Of a DNA stretch of 64,000 nucleotides, positions 1 to 9,486 are shown piece by piece. Position numbers and translations under genes: made by a program. Position 1 is the stretch's first letter, and each line of letters starts with the position of its first letter. Source of the stretch: a virus (taxonomy: Duplodnaviria > Heunggongvirae > Uroviricota > Caudoviricetes); IMG/VR virus record IMGVR_UViG_3300044712_001463. One strand, given 5' to 3'. A model generated the notes under the pieces. The model saw only the letters and a program-made list of their open reading frames with translations, did not search any database and was not told the DNA's origin.

Positions 1-2
1 TC

Positions 3-950
3 TCTTATATAAGAGGAACGATTGAAGGAGTCAAATTAGTAAAGGATGCATTCAGATTTTATACAAACTATTATAGTAATGTTGAAAATGGAAGAGGTCG
101 ATTTTTTGTTAATAGATTCATAGGTGGGTATGCTGAAAATTCAAATGGCAGTAAGAAAAAAATAGAATCAGAAGTCAGTCAAAGAGATTCTGGAGAAATA
201 ACGGCTGGAAAATCTTTGGATTGGGATAAAGAAGATCTAAACCAATGCCTCGTTCAAAACAATTTCGAGAATCTTTGCTTTTCAAAGCAAATCGTAGAAT
301 CTTTTGATTTTATCAAAAGGTGGTATAACTCAAAAGAATGGTACAAAGAAAGGGGCATTCCCTGGAAGATTGGACTTCTTCTTCATGGCAAGCCTGGAAC
401 TGGCAAGTCTTCCTATGTAAGAAGCCTTGGGCAAGAGATAGATGTTCCAGTATTTGTTTTTGATATTGCAACAATGTCCAACTCTGAATTTTCAGAGTTT
501 TGGAGAGAAGCCCAATGTTTTTCTCCTTGTATCTGTTTGATTGAAGACTTTGATAGAGTCTTCGATAAGGATAAGAACACAGTAACAGCAGATCTTATGA
601 AGCAGAAGTTAACCCTAGATTGTATTCTAAATGAAATCTCTGGTGTTGAAAACGGAGATGGAATAGTTACAATCATTACGGCTAACAATGCTGATAGAAT
701 AGATGAATCATTGGGTCAAATAGGAACCGATGGCAAGGTTTCTAGACCAGGTCGTATTGATATGATTCTTGAGTTTGATATACTTGAGGAAGGTTGTAGG
801 AAAACCATTGCCGAAAGAATGCTCAAGGATAGCCCTGAACATATAGATAGGATTGTCAAAGAGGGCGATGGTGACACTGGTGCGCAGTTTGTCAATCGGT
901 GTTCTGTTTTTGCCCTTAATGATTATTGGAAGCACAAGAAACAAAAGTAA
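3..950 (+). CDS. AAA-family ATPase, 5' partial (frame open from window start; listed TTG start at 216 is an artefact)
   Basis: No stop in frame from nt 3; Walker A GKPGTGKSS, Walker B CLIEDFD, RPGRID second-region motif. Confidence 0.75.
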   Translation, partial: SYIRGTIEGVKLVKDAFRFYTNYYSNVENGRGRFFVNRFIGGYAENSNGSKKKIESEVSQRDSGEITAGKSLDWDKEDLNQCLVQNNFENLCFSKQIVESFDFIKRWYNSKEWYKERGIPWKIGLLLHGKPGTGKSSYVRSLGQEIDVPVFVFDIATMSNSEFSEFWREAQCFSPCICLIEDFDRVFDKDKNTVTADLMKQKLTLDCILNEISGVENGDGIVTIITANNADRIDESLGQIGTDGKVSRPGRIDMILEFDILEEGCRKTIAERMLKDSPEHIDRIVKEGDGDTGAQFVNRCSVFALNDYWKHKKQK

Positions 951-953
951 TAC

Positions 954-981
954 TTGACAAGTTTCGCAGAGTGGATATAAT
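954..981 (+). promoter_or_regulatory. consensus sigma70-type promoter TTGACA-16-TATAAT(A)
   Basis: acTTGACAagt...ggaTATAATAgag. Confidence 0.7.
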
Positions 982-1008
982 AGAGTTATATCCGCTCTGG
1001 AGATTACA

Positions 1009-2031
1009 ATGCAAGTGTGTGTAGCCATGAGCGGCGGCGTAGATTCTTCTACGACCGCCGCTTTGCTTAAGAGTCAAGGGCATGAAGTCTTAGGTCTTAC
1101 CATGAAGTTATTTCATGATAAGGACCAAAAGGTTTCTTGTGATAAGAAACTTTGTTGTGGTGATAAGGACCGGGGAGATGCCGTTTCTGTCGCTAGGCGC
1201 ATGGACTTCTCGCATTTCTCGGTCAATTATGAGAAAGAGTTCAAACAATTCGTCATTGATTATTTTATCGAGTCTTACAAGGTTGGAAGGACTCCAAACC
1301 CTTGTGTTCTTTGCAATGATAGGTTGAAGTTTGATTTTTTGCTCAAAAAGGCATTGGAATTGGGCAATGACAAACTTGCTACGGGTCATTATGCAAGGGT
1401 TGTTGAAAAGGATGGTAAGTTTCATCTTTATAAGGCAAAGCATCTTCCCAAGGATCAGTCTTATTTCCTTCATGGTGTAACCCAGGAGCAATTGTCAAAG
1501 ATTCTCTTTCCACTTGGCGAGTTTACCAAGGATGAAGTCAGAAAGATGGCTGAAGAATTTAATCTAGTCAACGCAAACAAGCCAGAGTCAATGGATATTT
1601 GCTTTGTTAGGGATGGAAACTACGCTAACTTGATTGGTTCTGTTGGCGACGGTTTGATTGTAGACAAGAGTGGCAAGGTTCTTGGAAAGCATAATGGTTT
1701 TTATCATTTCACCATTGGTCAGCGCAAGGGACTTGGTTTGAATGCTTTTGTTATTCAAATCATTCCAGACAAGAATATTGTAGTTGTTGGAGAAGAGTCT
1801 GACCTATATAAGAGTGAATGTTCTCTAAAAAGCATCAATTGGATTTCGGGAGAGACTCCTTCTAGTCCAGTTGAGTGTGAAGTTAAGATTAGAAGTGGAG
1901 CAGATGTTGTTCCCGCTATTGTAGATGGAATGACTGTTCGGTTCAAGAATCCAATCAAGTCAATAACACCTGGGCAGTTTGCCGTGTTCTATAATGGTGA
2001 CGAGTGTCTAGGTGGAGGGGAAATACAATGA
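1009..2031 (+). CDS. mnmA: tRNA 2-thiouridylase MnmA (s2U34 synthesis)
   Basis: PP-loop SGGVDSS near N-term; CVLCN, GHYAR and QSYFL motifs characteristic of MnmA/TrmU. Confidence 0.85.
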   Translation: MQVCVAMSGGVDSSTTAALLKSQGHEVLGLTMKLFHDKDQKVSCDKKLCCGDKDRGDAVSVARRMDFSHFSVNYEKEFKQFVIDYFIESYKVGRTPNPCVLCNDRLKFDFLLKKALELGNDKLATGHYARVVEKDGKFHLYKAKHLPKDQSYFLHGVTQEQLSKILFPLGEFTKDEVRKMAEEFNLVNANKPESMDICFVRDGNYANLIGSVGDGLIVDKSGKVLGKHNGFYHFTIGQRKGLGLNAFVIQIIPDKNIVVVGEESDLYKSECSLKSINWISGETPSSPVECEVKIRSGADVVPAIVDGMTVRFKNPIKSITPGQFAVFYNGDECLGGGEIQ

Positions 2032-2399
2032 GTCTAGAGCAATTCCTTAATGGTAAGTATGGAAAGGTTTTGGTTGAGGAACCCCATCCTCAATCAAGAG
2101 CATCTTTAGTTATGCTTAAAAAGCATCTTGCTATGCAGTTTGATCCTAAAGATGAAAAACTCCAGACTGTTAAATGGCTAGTCTTTCGAGATATAGTCTT
2201 AAAAGAGGTTCTTGCCAAGGAAGGGTCTCTTACTTGTCATTATTGCAAGCAAGAGAACCTTCTTATGGAATCTGTTGACTTAGACTTTCTTGCAACCCTT
2301 GACCATGTTGTTCCTGTGTCAAAGGGCGGAAAGGTGTATGATAGGGCGAACCTAGTTGTCGCTTGTCATAATTGCAACAATAACAAAGGAAACAAATAG
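2004..2399 (+). CDS. HNH endonuclease
   Basis: C-terminal HVVPVSKGG...ANLVVACHNCNNNKGN HNH motif; overlaps mnmA 3' end. Confidence 0.7.
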   Translation: MSRWRGNTMSLEQFLNGKYGKVLVEEPHPQSRASLVMLKKHLAMQFDPKDEKLQTVKWLVFRDIVLKEVLAKEGSLTCHYCKQENLLMESVDLDFLATLDHVVPVSKGGKVYDRANLVVACHNCNNNKGNK

Positions 2400-2402
2400 T
2401 AC

Positions 2403-2430
2403 TTGACAAGTTCTCGGACTTAGGTATAAT
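2403..2430 (+). promoter_or_regulatory. consensus promoter
   Basis: acTTGACAagt-16-TATAATgtag. Confidence 0.7.
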
Positions 2431-2503
2431 GTAGTCATGAGCCAGAGTCAACTCAACCGAAAGGAGACCAAAATGCTCGCCTGATTATTAGAACGGAGGA
2501 AAT

Positions 2504-3382
2504 ATGAGTCCTAGGAAGAAACCATCTAATAAACCACCACTATCTGGAGAATCAAAAATGGAAAAGCTCATTGGTTTCGGTATTGCACTGGCAATCGCTC
2601 TTATGCTTGCTTTCAGCACTTTCTTCACCGTTGATCCTGGTGCTGTGGGAGTCACCTTCAACCGCCTCACTGGTAAGACCGAAGTGTGTGAGCAGGGTGT
2701 TCACGGCAAGATTCCCCTTATCACGGCAGTTTGGGAGTATGATGTTCGGACTCAGAAGGACGAGCTTGAGGCTCAGAGTTCTTCCAAGGACTTGCAGAGC
2801 GTCAAGATTTCCCTCGCGGTCAACTACCACCTTCTGTATGACAAGGTGAACGAAATCCACACCAAGGTCGGTCCCGATTACGCTAACAGGGTTATTCATC
2901 CTGCCGTTTTCGAGTCCGTCAAGGCTGCTTCCGCGCTCTTCCCCGTTGAGCAGATTATCGTTCAGCGTGAGACTCTTAAGGGTCTTATCGAGAAGGCGTT
3001 GGGTGAGCGACTCACTGCTTATCACGTTGTTCTTGAGAGCGTCAACCTTGTGAATATCGAGTTCGACCCCGAGTTCTCCAAGGCTGTCGAGAGCAAGCAG
3101 ATTGAGGAGCAGAAGATTAAGACTGCCCAGTATCAGCGCCTCCAGGCAGAGGAATACAAGAAGAAGACCATTCTTGAGGCTGAGGCTGAATCGCAGAGCC
3201 AGAGGCTTCTCGCCTTGGCTACCACCAAGGACGTTATCGCCCTCAAGATGATTGAGAAGTGGGATGGTCAGATGCCGCAGATTATGACTGGTGGCGGCTC
3301 GAACATGCTGATGAACATCGGCAACCTTCCTACGAGGGCTCCGAAGCCAAAGTCGGAGTCTAAGGAAGCCGACAAGGAGTAA
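2504..3382 (+). CDS. SPFH/band-7 (prohibitin-like) protein
   Basis: N-terminal TM helix, SPFH core, coiled-coil QIEEQKIKTAQYQRLQAEE; good RBS. Confidence 0.7.
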   Translation: MSPRKKPSNKPPLSGESKMEKLIGFGIALAIALMLAFSTFFTVDPGAVGVTFNRLTGKTEVCEQGVHGKIPLITAVWEYDVRTQKDELEAQSSSKDLQSVKISLAVNYHLLYDKVNEIHTKVGPDYANRVIHPAVFESVKAASALFPVEQIIVQRETLKGLIEKALGERLTAYHVVLESVNLVNIEFDPEFSKAVESKQIEEQKIKTAQYQRLQAEEYKKKTILEAEAESQSQRLLALATTKDVIALKMIEKWDGQMPQIMTGGGSNMLMNIGNLPTRAPKPKSESKEADKE

Positions 3383-3403
3383 GTAGTTTAATTAAGCAAA
3401 TAA

Positions 3404-3433
3404 AAGCCCATGGCTAACGCTGTGGGCTTTTTT
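3404..3433 (+). terminator. rho-independent terminator
   Basis: agcccatgg...ctgtgggctttttt. Confidence 0.6.
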
Positions 3434-3435
3434 GC

Positions 3436-3463
3436 TTGACAAGTATCGCATCCTGGATATAAT
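3436..3463 (+). promoter_or_regulatory. consensus promoter
   Basis: gcTTGACAagt-16-TATAATAgag. Confidence 0.7.
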
Positions 3464-3497
3464 AGAGTCATGGAAGCAAACTCTCTAGGAGGAAGCC

Positions 3498-3788
3498 ATG
3501 ACTATCTTCTCGAAACTCCGTCAGGAAATGGAAAACACCTATCAATCAAAGCACCTTGCTCTTGTTAGGTTATACAGCCACAAGATAGTCTCAATGCAGG
3601 TGGCTGTATGGTCAATGTTGATTCTAGGAGCCCTTCTAGGGCTCTCTAGCCGCCTTGTAGAGGGCTTTAGCGGTGTTATCCTTATCGTTATCGGGTTTGC
3701 AGCCTGGATAGTAGCCTTCTTCTATCAAAGGGAGTTAGAAGAGGTCTTGGACCGGCTTATCAGGTTTAAGGAGAATTACAATCTTTAA
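3498..3788 (+). CDS. small membrane protein (2 TM helices)
   Basis: RBS aggagg; hydrophobic helices; own promoter and terminator. Confidence 0.5.
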   Translation: MTIFSKLRQEMENTYQSKHLALVRLYSHKIVSMQVAVWSMLILGALLGLSSRLVEGFSGVILIVIGFAAWIVAFFYQRELEEVLDRLIRFKENYNL

Positions 3789-3809
3789 AAACCGCATCGT
3801 GGAACCTAA

Positions 3810-3843
3810 AAAGAGAGGATAAATATCCTCTCTTTTTTTATTT
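3810..3843 (+). terminator. rho-independent terminator
   Basis: aagagaggat-aaat-atcctctcttttttttt. Confidence 0.7.
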
Positions 3844-3878
3844 AAAAATACTAAAAATTTAGTATAGTAGTAACAACC

Positions 3879-4097
3879 ATGGAGGATTTAAAAATGGCAA
3901 ATGATTTTGGTCTAAATGACATCATTTCCCCAATCTTGGAGACGGAGCATGGAAAAACCCAGTATGTTGTTTTTAAGATAGACTTGGTAAACAATGCCTT
4001 CTTCTTAAAAAACATGCATACTCAAGAAATCAAGATTGAATCCCAGGAAACAATGAACGCACAGTATTCAAAAGTATTCTCACGCTATAAGGAGTAA
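3879..4097 (+). CDS. hypothetical protein
   Basis: RBS ggagg upstream; 72 aa. Confidence 0.4.
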   Translation: MEDLKMANDFGLNDIISPILETEHGKTQYVVFKIDLVNNAFFLKNMHTQEIKIESQETMNAQYSKVFSRYKE

Positions 4098-4101
4098 TAA
4101 A

Positions 4102-4464
4102 ATGATTAAAGTAACCGTCGTTGAAAAGGAAGTTGGTAAGGAGTTCAGGATTAGCCTTGGTCTTGTTGACCAGAACACAAATGACATGGTCTGGAAGAAG
4201 GACGTTGTCGTTGTGAGGGTCGATGGAAAGGGTCCAAGGGTTTCTGGTCCCGCATTTGCCGACTTAAAGGTTGTTGAACTTGAAGGCTTCGCCGCCATCT
4301 TCCAGAAGGCTGTTCAAATCATAGAGTCGGATGGACACAACCTTTCTGGTATGCAGGTTGAAGTCGGTGGTGTTCCTAAGTCTGGAGAGGCAACTGCCCC
4401 TGCCGAAACTGCGCCCAAGAAGCGTGGTCGTCCAAAGAAGGTAGTTCTGGATGCCAAGGAGTAG
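4102..4464 (+). CDS. putative DNA-binding protein with C-terminal AT-hook (KKRGRPKK)
   Basis: GRP AT-hook core in basic tail. Confidence 0.5.
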   Translation: MIKVTVVEKEVGKEFRISLGLVDQNTNDMVWKKDVVVVRVDGKGPRVSGPAFADLKVVELEGFAAIFQKAVQIIESDGHNLSGMQVEVGGVPKSGEATAPAETAPKKRGRPKKVVLDAKE

Positions 4465-4467
4465 GAA

Positions 4468-4971
4468 ATGATAAGTTATAGGGAATCATCCTCTAATCCA
4501 ATACCATTGGATAAAAAAGTAGCACGACAACTTTCTAATGATTTATATAATTTGATTTATGAAAGAGTAAGCAAAAATAAATCAGATAAAATAGAAAGCC
4601 ATATCCAAAATGGTGAAACAATTTATACGGAAATAAACCTTAAAAATGTTAAGGGAGAGGATGTTTCCTGTAAGATAATAATCTTTTCAGAAAAAGAAGA
4701 AAGAAATGTTTTTGATGATGAGATTGTAGTTGGTTCTAATTTTTACAAAAAAGACAATGAAAACATAATAACAATAAACTTAAATACAAACAAAACTGGA
4801 AAAGAAATAGAAGACAACAAAGATGAAACAGAGAAACAGATATACTATAAATTACTTCATGAGATGACTCATTTAGTTGATGTTGATGTAAAAAATGACT
4901 ATCAAGATGATGGAAGAATAAACCCAGAGAAATACTTTAAAAATAAGTTTGAACAAAATGCATTTATTTAA
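4468..4971 (+). CDS. MISYRE-leader protein with HExxH (HEMTHLVD) zincin-like motif
   Basis: Starts MISYRE like array family but lacks NLFESLNKQ; HExxH motif. Confidence 0.5.
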   Translation: MISYRESSSNPIPLDKKVARQLSNDLYNLIYERVSKNKSDKIESHIQNGETIYTEINLKNVKGEDVSCKIIIFSEKEERNVFDDEIVVGSNFYKKDNENIITINLNTNKTGKEIEDNKDETEKQIYYKLLHEMTHLVDVDVKNDYQDDGRINPEKYFKNKFEQNAFI

Positions 4972-4989
4972 ACAATAGTTGAAGAGTTT

Positions 4990-5178
4990 TTGGATGAAAT
5001 AAAATTATCAAATGTTAAGTTTTCAGAATTGAGCCAAAATCAAAAGTATGATTTTATAAATAGAATACTATTTAACATTGAAGATTATCAGAATAATTTA
5101 AACATCCTAAATGAAGAAATAAAAAAGAGAATCATACAAGTAATATATCATCAATTGGATAAAAATGAAAAACGGTGA
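4990..5178 (+). CDS. hypothetical protein
   Basis: AT-rich small ORF. Confidence 0.35.
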   Translation: MDEIKLSNVKFSELSQNQKYDFINRILFNIEDYQNNLNILNEEIKKRIIQVIYHQLDKNEKR

Positions 5179-5455
5179 TATTTATAAATCAAAAAATAGC
5201 AATGAGTATATTAGAATAATAGGCTGTAATCCTATTGGCACAACTATTTTATCGAAAAAAACAGCCAAGAAAAACATGATAGAAAATGATGCGGATAGAT
5301 TTCTTCCTCCAAAGATATTGGCTTGTAAAGAGAATGGATCTTTAACATTGATTGGTTTTTCAAAAATGATTGAAGATTATGTTTTCTGCAATGAAAAGTT
5401 TGAAAAAGATTTTTGTTATCCTTCTATTTTTAAAAATGATAAAACTCCTCAATAA
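5165..5455 (+). CDS. hypothetical protein
   Basis: 96 aa ORF coupled to upstream. Confidence 0.4.
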   Translation: MKNGDIYKSKNSNEYIRIIGCNPIGTTILSKKTAKKNMIENDADRFLPPKILACKENGSLTLIGFSKMIEDYVFCNEKFEKDFCYPSIFKNDKTPQ

Positions 5456-5462
5456 AGACATA

Positions 5463-6029
5463 GTGATTACCGAGTTGCAGCATCAGAAATGCAGAGAGTT
5501 TGCAGAACAATCTGCCGCGACTCATTTTCAGCACTATGAAAAGAGGGGTCAGTCAGACCATAATAGGATTGTCGAGCAAATCCTTGTAGGCAAACTCGGA
5601 GAAGTTGCAGTATATAAGTTTCTGAGTCAATACAAGGATTGCTCGAAGCCTGATTTCAATATTTATCCAAGTGGTAAAACATTTGATTCAGATATAAAGT
5701 GGAGACACTATAGAGTTCATGTGAAGACTCAAGACAAAGAGTCCGCTGAACTATTTGGTTTATCTTGGACCTTTCAAAAGTCAAATGCTACTGGAAATGA
5801 CTCGCGTGGGCATAATGACCACGGAGTTTTTAAGAACTATGACAAGGATGATCTCATATTCTTTTGCAATATAAAAAACGATAGGCTTGTTAGAATTTGT
5901 GCATCAGTTGATGCAAAGACCCTCCATGAAAAACACCTGTTTGCCCTCCCAGTCAAACAATCTCTTCAAGAATCCAAACGCTGCGTCTATTATAATATGC
6001 TTGAAGAGTCCCTAAATGAAAAGCAATGA
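5463..6029 (+). CDS. putative PD-(D/E)xK (restriction-endonuclease-fold) nuclease; start uncertain (GTG 5463; alternatives TTG 5370 / ATG 5379)
   Basis: GKLGEVAV...SKPDFNIY...DSDIKW = E / PD / (D)xK spacing like Hjc-type nucleases; 3' end overlaps dam start. Confidence 0.45.
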   Translation: MITELQHQKCREFAEQSAATHFQHYEKRGQSDHNRIVEQILVGKLGEVAVYKFLSQYKDCSKPDFNIYPSGKTFDSDIKWRHYRVHVKTQDKESAELFGLSWTFQKSNATGNDSRGHNDHGVFKNYDKDDLIFFCNIKNDRLVRICASVDAKTLHEKHLFALPVKQSLQESKRCVYYNMLEESLNEKQ

Positions 6030-6825
6030 CCTCGGACATATTTTCCGCTATCCTGGCGGAAAAAAGAAACTCTTCCCTAAAATACAGCCTTTTCTATTTC
6101 CTTTAATAGAGAAGAATAAATCATTTGCCGAGCCATTTGTAGGTGGCGGTTCTGTTATGATTGAAGTTGCTAAGGCTTTCAATGATATCCCTATTTTCAT
6201 TAATGATAAAAACGAAGGAGTGTCTGCGTTTTGGGAAATGATTAATTCACCAGAAGAAGATGTTAACGCATTATTCGAATTAATAAAGAGGCGTCCGACT
6301 ATTGATATATTTAATCAGCTCAGAATAAATAGCCATAAAACGAAAATACAAAAGGCTTATAACCTATTATTCATGAACAGATGTTGTTTCAGTGGTATTG
6401 AAACTGCTGGTCCTATTGGCGGTATGGAGCAATCTAGTAAATGGAAAATTGATTGCAGATATAATGCCGATAAAATAATTGCGAGCATTAATTATCTAAG
6501 AGATTTATTAAAGGGAAGATTAATTGTCTCCAATGATGATGTAATTGATTTTATTAAAAGAAATAAACCGGCATTTTATTTAGATCCTCCCTATTATGAA
6601 AAGGGGGATTCTCTTTATCCAGTTAAAATGGACCATGATGAGCATTTGAAGTTAGCGGATTTACTTAAATCAAAAGAAGACTGGGTATTATCATATGATG
6701 AACATCCTGAAATAAGAAAGATTTATGACTTTGCAACAATAAAAGAAATTAATGCTCGATATTCAATTGACGGCAAAAAAGATAATTGGAAAAATACACA
6801 TGAATTAATTATTTATCGGGGATAA
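6016..6825 (+). CDS. dam: DNA adenine methyltransferase, Dam/D12 class
   Basis: YPGGKKKL, EPFVGGGS (SAM site), DPPY catalytic motif. Confidence 0.85.
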   Translation: MKSNDLGHIFRYPGGKKKLFPKIQPFLFPLIEKNKSFAEPFVGGGSVMIEVAKAFNDIPIFINDKNEGVSAFWEMINSPEEDVNALFELIKRRPTIDIFNQLRINSHKTKIQKAYNLLFMNRCCFSGIETAGPIGGMEQSSKWKIDCRYNADKIIASINYLRDLLKGRLIVSNDDVIDFIKRNKPAFYLDPPYYEKGDSLYPVKMDHDEHLKLADLLKSKEDWVLSYDEHPEIRKIYDFATIKEINARYSIDGKKDNWKNTHELIIYRG

Positions 6826-6827
6826 AT

Positions 6828-7403
6828 ATGAAAAAGATAATCAATGTAGGCTGTGATTTAGATGGTTGTGTATTTGATTTTTCTGATAATTTCAGGAAAA
6901 GCATGCTGAAGTATTATAGTACCGTTGCATTAAGTAGGGACCAGAAGAAATGCAGAGAATTATTAATGGCATTTATTGATGAACACACAAAAGAATGCTT
7001 TGAACTTCCTATTTATTCTGATTGTGATAAAGTATTATCCAAATTAAATAAAATGGGCAAGAAAATAACCTTTATTACGGCTAGGGGAACCCATAACAAG
7101 GGAAAGGTATTAAAAGAAATAAAACAAATTACAAAAAATAGTCTTAATAAAAAAATGAAATTCCCATATAAATTAAAATATAGCGATGAAAAATTCTTGT
7201 TTGCCAAAAATAAAAAGATTGATATAATGATTGAGGATGATATAGACAATGCAATTGCAATGAGTGAGTTTTGCCCAGTTATATTTTTTCCGAGACCGTG
7301 GAATTATGGAGAGAAAATAATAAATAAGAATATAATTCCAGTTACTAATTGGAGAGAGGTTTTATTTCTTTTAGAGAATTGGGAATTAATATATTATGAA
7401 TAG
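6828..7403 (+). CDS. HAD-family 5'(3')-deoxyribonucleotidase-like phosphatase
   Basis: N-terminal DLDGCVFDF (DxDG motif I), downstream ITFITARG and MIEDD motifs. Confidence 0.6.
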   Translation: MKKIINVGCDLDGCVFDFSDNFRKSMLKYYSTVALSRDQKKCRELLMAFIDEHTKECFELPIYSDCDKVLSKLNKMGKKITFITARGTHNKGKVLKEIKQITKNSLNKKMKFPYKLKYSDEKFLFAKNKKIDIMIEDDIDNAIAMSEFCPVIFFPRPWNYGEKIINKNIIPVTNWREVLFLLENWELIYYE

Positions 7404-7596
7404 ATACAAGTTTGTATTAAAAACAAAAAAAGAAGAAACATGTCCTTGGTGTGATGTTGAAATAAAGGACTGTAAGTGCTTTAAAAGAAAACCATTAAAC
7501 ATACCGGATTTAGATAAATACCAAATACCAGAAAATCTTAGAATTAAATTTCCACATACGGAGGAAGGTAATGATAAAGGCAAAAAAGAAGATTAA
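7396..7596 (+). CDS. small Cys-containing protein (CPWC...CKC)
   Basis: 66 aa; overlaps neighbours. Confidence 0.35.
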   Translation: MNRYKFVLKTKKEETCPWCDVEIKDCKCFKRKPLNIPDLDKYQIPENLRIKFPHTEEGNDKGKKED

Positions 7597-7942
7597 TTCT
7601 TATGGAATGAAGAATTATGAGATGATTTCCCTTGACACAATAAAAGGGACTAGCGGAATTACATTTTATTTAATGGACGATGACATTGTTCCTCCAAAGC
7701 CATATACGACCTATAGCGCCATTGAGGAGAGTTCTCAGAAGGCAATAGAGGTTCTTAGGAATAGAATGCTCCTTAATAAGGATGGTTCGGTATTTTTAAT
7801 GCCAGACCATGGTTGGCCTTTAATGGTAACGATGCCATGGCACCAAGAAGCCTGGATGGTTGGGTGTTGGCTTCATAAAGAAGAGTTCGAAAAGTGGGTT
7901 TTAGATGGTAAGATTGAAAAGAAGCAGATAGCGAAGTTTTGA
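7571..7942 (+). CDS. hypothetical protein
   Basis: 123 aa; followed by strong terminator. Confidence 0.4.
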   Translation: MIKAKKKINSYGMKNYEMISLDTIKGTSGITFYLMDDDIVPPKPYTTYSAIEESSQKAIEVLRNRMLLNKDGSVFLMPDHGWPLMVTMPWHQEAWMVGCWLHKEEFEKWVLDGKIEKKQIAKF

Positions 7943-7964
7943 TTGAAAAACAAGCAAAAACATA

Positions 7965-7998
7965 AGAGGGGATTCTTCGGAATCCCCTTATTTTTTTT
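7965..7998 (+). terminator. rho-independent terminator
   Basis: gaggggattc-ttcg-gaatccccttatttttttt. Confidence 0.75.
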
Positions 7999-8087
7999 AT
8001 AAAAAAGTAATAGTAAGAAGCCTTAAAATCTCTCAAAAAGGATTGAAATGAAACGGGAATCTTCCCTCAAGTCTTTAAAAGAGATAA

Positions 8088-8618
8088 ATGAATAAATCAT
8101 ACGAAGAAGAAGAAGTTGCAAGAAATCCAGAAACGCAAGCTTATAAACTCATCGAACTAAGCAGAAGCCTCAAGTCTCATGTTCGTGGGATTATAGCAAA
8201 AAACCCAAGCACCCCAAAGGATGTTCTTGGAAGACTTTCTAAGGACTCTGACTGGACCATTAGGGATGCTGTTGCTTGTAATGTTGAATGTCCGAGCAAG
8301 ATAATACAAGATTTGATTGAAGACGAAAATCTTAGAGTAAGACTTTCAGCTCTTAAGAATCCAAATTGCACAGCGAACATGTTATCAGAGTATGTGAATA
8401 GTGAAAATGTAAGAATAAGGTGTTCGGTCGCTTGCAACAAAAATCTTCTTCCAACTTCCTTGTTAGAACTTAGCAAGGATTCTAACTGGGAAGTCAGATT
8501 GTCGCTTGTTCACAATAAAGGACTTACAAGAGAAGCAATAGAAAATCTTACACAAGATGAATGTGAGTCTGTAAGAGAAGAAGCAAAAATAAAATTATTG
8601 GAGTTTGATAACAAATGA
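8088..8618 (+). CDS. HEAT/LRV-type alpha-helical repeat protein
   Basis: Repeated ~30 aa units (IRDAVACN, VRLSALKNPN, VRIRCSVACN, VRLSLVHN). Confidence 0.5.
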   Translation: MNKSYEEEEVARNPETQAYKLIELSRSLKSHVRGIIAKNPSTPKDVLGRLSKDSDWTIRDAVACNVECPSKIIQDLIEDENLRVRLSALKNPNCTANMLSEYVNSENVRIRCSVACNKNLLPTSLLELSKDSNWEVRLSLVHNKGLTREAIENLTQDECESVREEAKIKLLEFDNK

Positions 8619-9034
8619 TTTCTTACCGAGCAAATCTATTTGATAGTATAAAAAAGCAGATTCCATTGGAGCCTGGTGATTTGGTTATAATTCCTGGTTC
8701 AGATAGAGAATTTCAACACTATATTATTGTCGCTCCCCAAGGAGAATCAGTAGGAAAAAGACAATGTAAAAAAGATGAGATATATGCATACTATTTTAAT
8801 CTCGGATCAAAAGCAAGCGCATGGTTAGAACCGCTCGAAGTAAGAAAAATTAAAAAAGTAAATCCTATAAATATTGGCAGACCAAAATATAGAGTTAGGC
8901 AAAAGATAGGCAAAGAAATAATTCAAGCTCTAACATTTGATAAGGGATGGAAATATCTTTTTTGTACTAATAATAATGAGTCTTGCGAATGGATAAGAGA
9001 ACAGAGCCTAGAATTAGGAGCAAATCCAATATGA
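8615..9034 (+). CDS. MISYRANLF(E/D)S-leader family protein (first array member)
   Basis: N-term MISYRANLFDSIKKQ; ATGA overlap with upstream gene. Confidence 0.65.
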   Translation: MISYRANLFDSIKKQIPLEPGDLVIIPGSDREFQHYIIVAPQGESVGKRQCKKDEIYAYYFNLGSKASAWLEPLEVRKIKKVNPINIGRPKYRVRQKIGKEIIQALTFDKGWKYLFCTNNNESCEWIREQSLELGANPI

Positions 9035-9486
9035 TTTCTTACCGTAATGCAAACCTATTCGAGTCGTTGAATAAACAGCTTTCGGACCCAAAAGAAATTG
9101 GGGCAATATTTGTATTTGATGACGAAGAAGAAGGTTATATTGATTTCATTCAAACTTCTTATAAGGGAGCGAATAACTTTTATAGACTGAACTATGGGAA
9201 AAACATATTTAAGGAAAATGGATTTTATGATGAGGTAAAAACTACCACTGCTCAATTTTCCCAGCAAAACTTATGTAAGCTTTTCAAAATAAAACCATCA
9301 GATGTTGACAGAATTGAATTTGGATGGGATTCGGATACTCATGAGGAATTTTTGAGAGAAATAAGAGAAAAGAATGGAATCATAGAAAAAGCTAAGCATC
9401 TTAAGATGCTTAACAACATATCATTTTATACGAAAAAAGGAAAGAGAATTTATACTAATAAAGGGACGGTCGAAGGAAATGATTAA
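9031..9486 (+). CDS. leader family protein (MISYRNANLFESLNKQ)
   Basis: Start set at internal ATG 9031 with ATGA coupling; listed 8983 start overlaps upstream. Confidence 0.65.
   Translation: MISYRNANLFESLNKQLSDPKEIGAIFVFDDEEEGYIDFIQTSYKGANNFYRLNYGKNIFKENGFYDEVKTTTAQFSQQNLCKLFKIKPSDVDRIEFGWDSDTHEEFLREIREKNGIIEKAKHLKMLNNISFYTKKGKRIYTNKGTVEGND

Noticed and set aside
216-950. Listed start of the AAA ATPase ORF at 216
   Set aside because: Position 216 is TTG and the frame is open back to nt 3, so the gene is 5'-truncated by the window edge.
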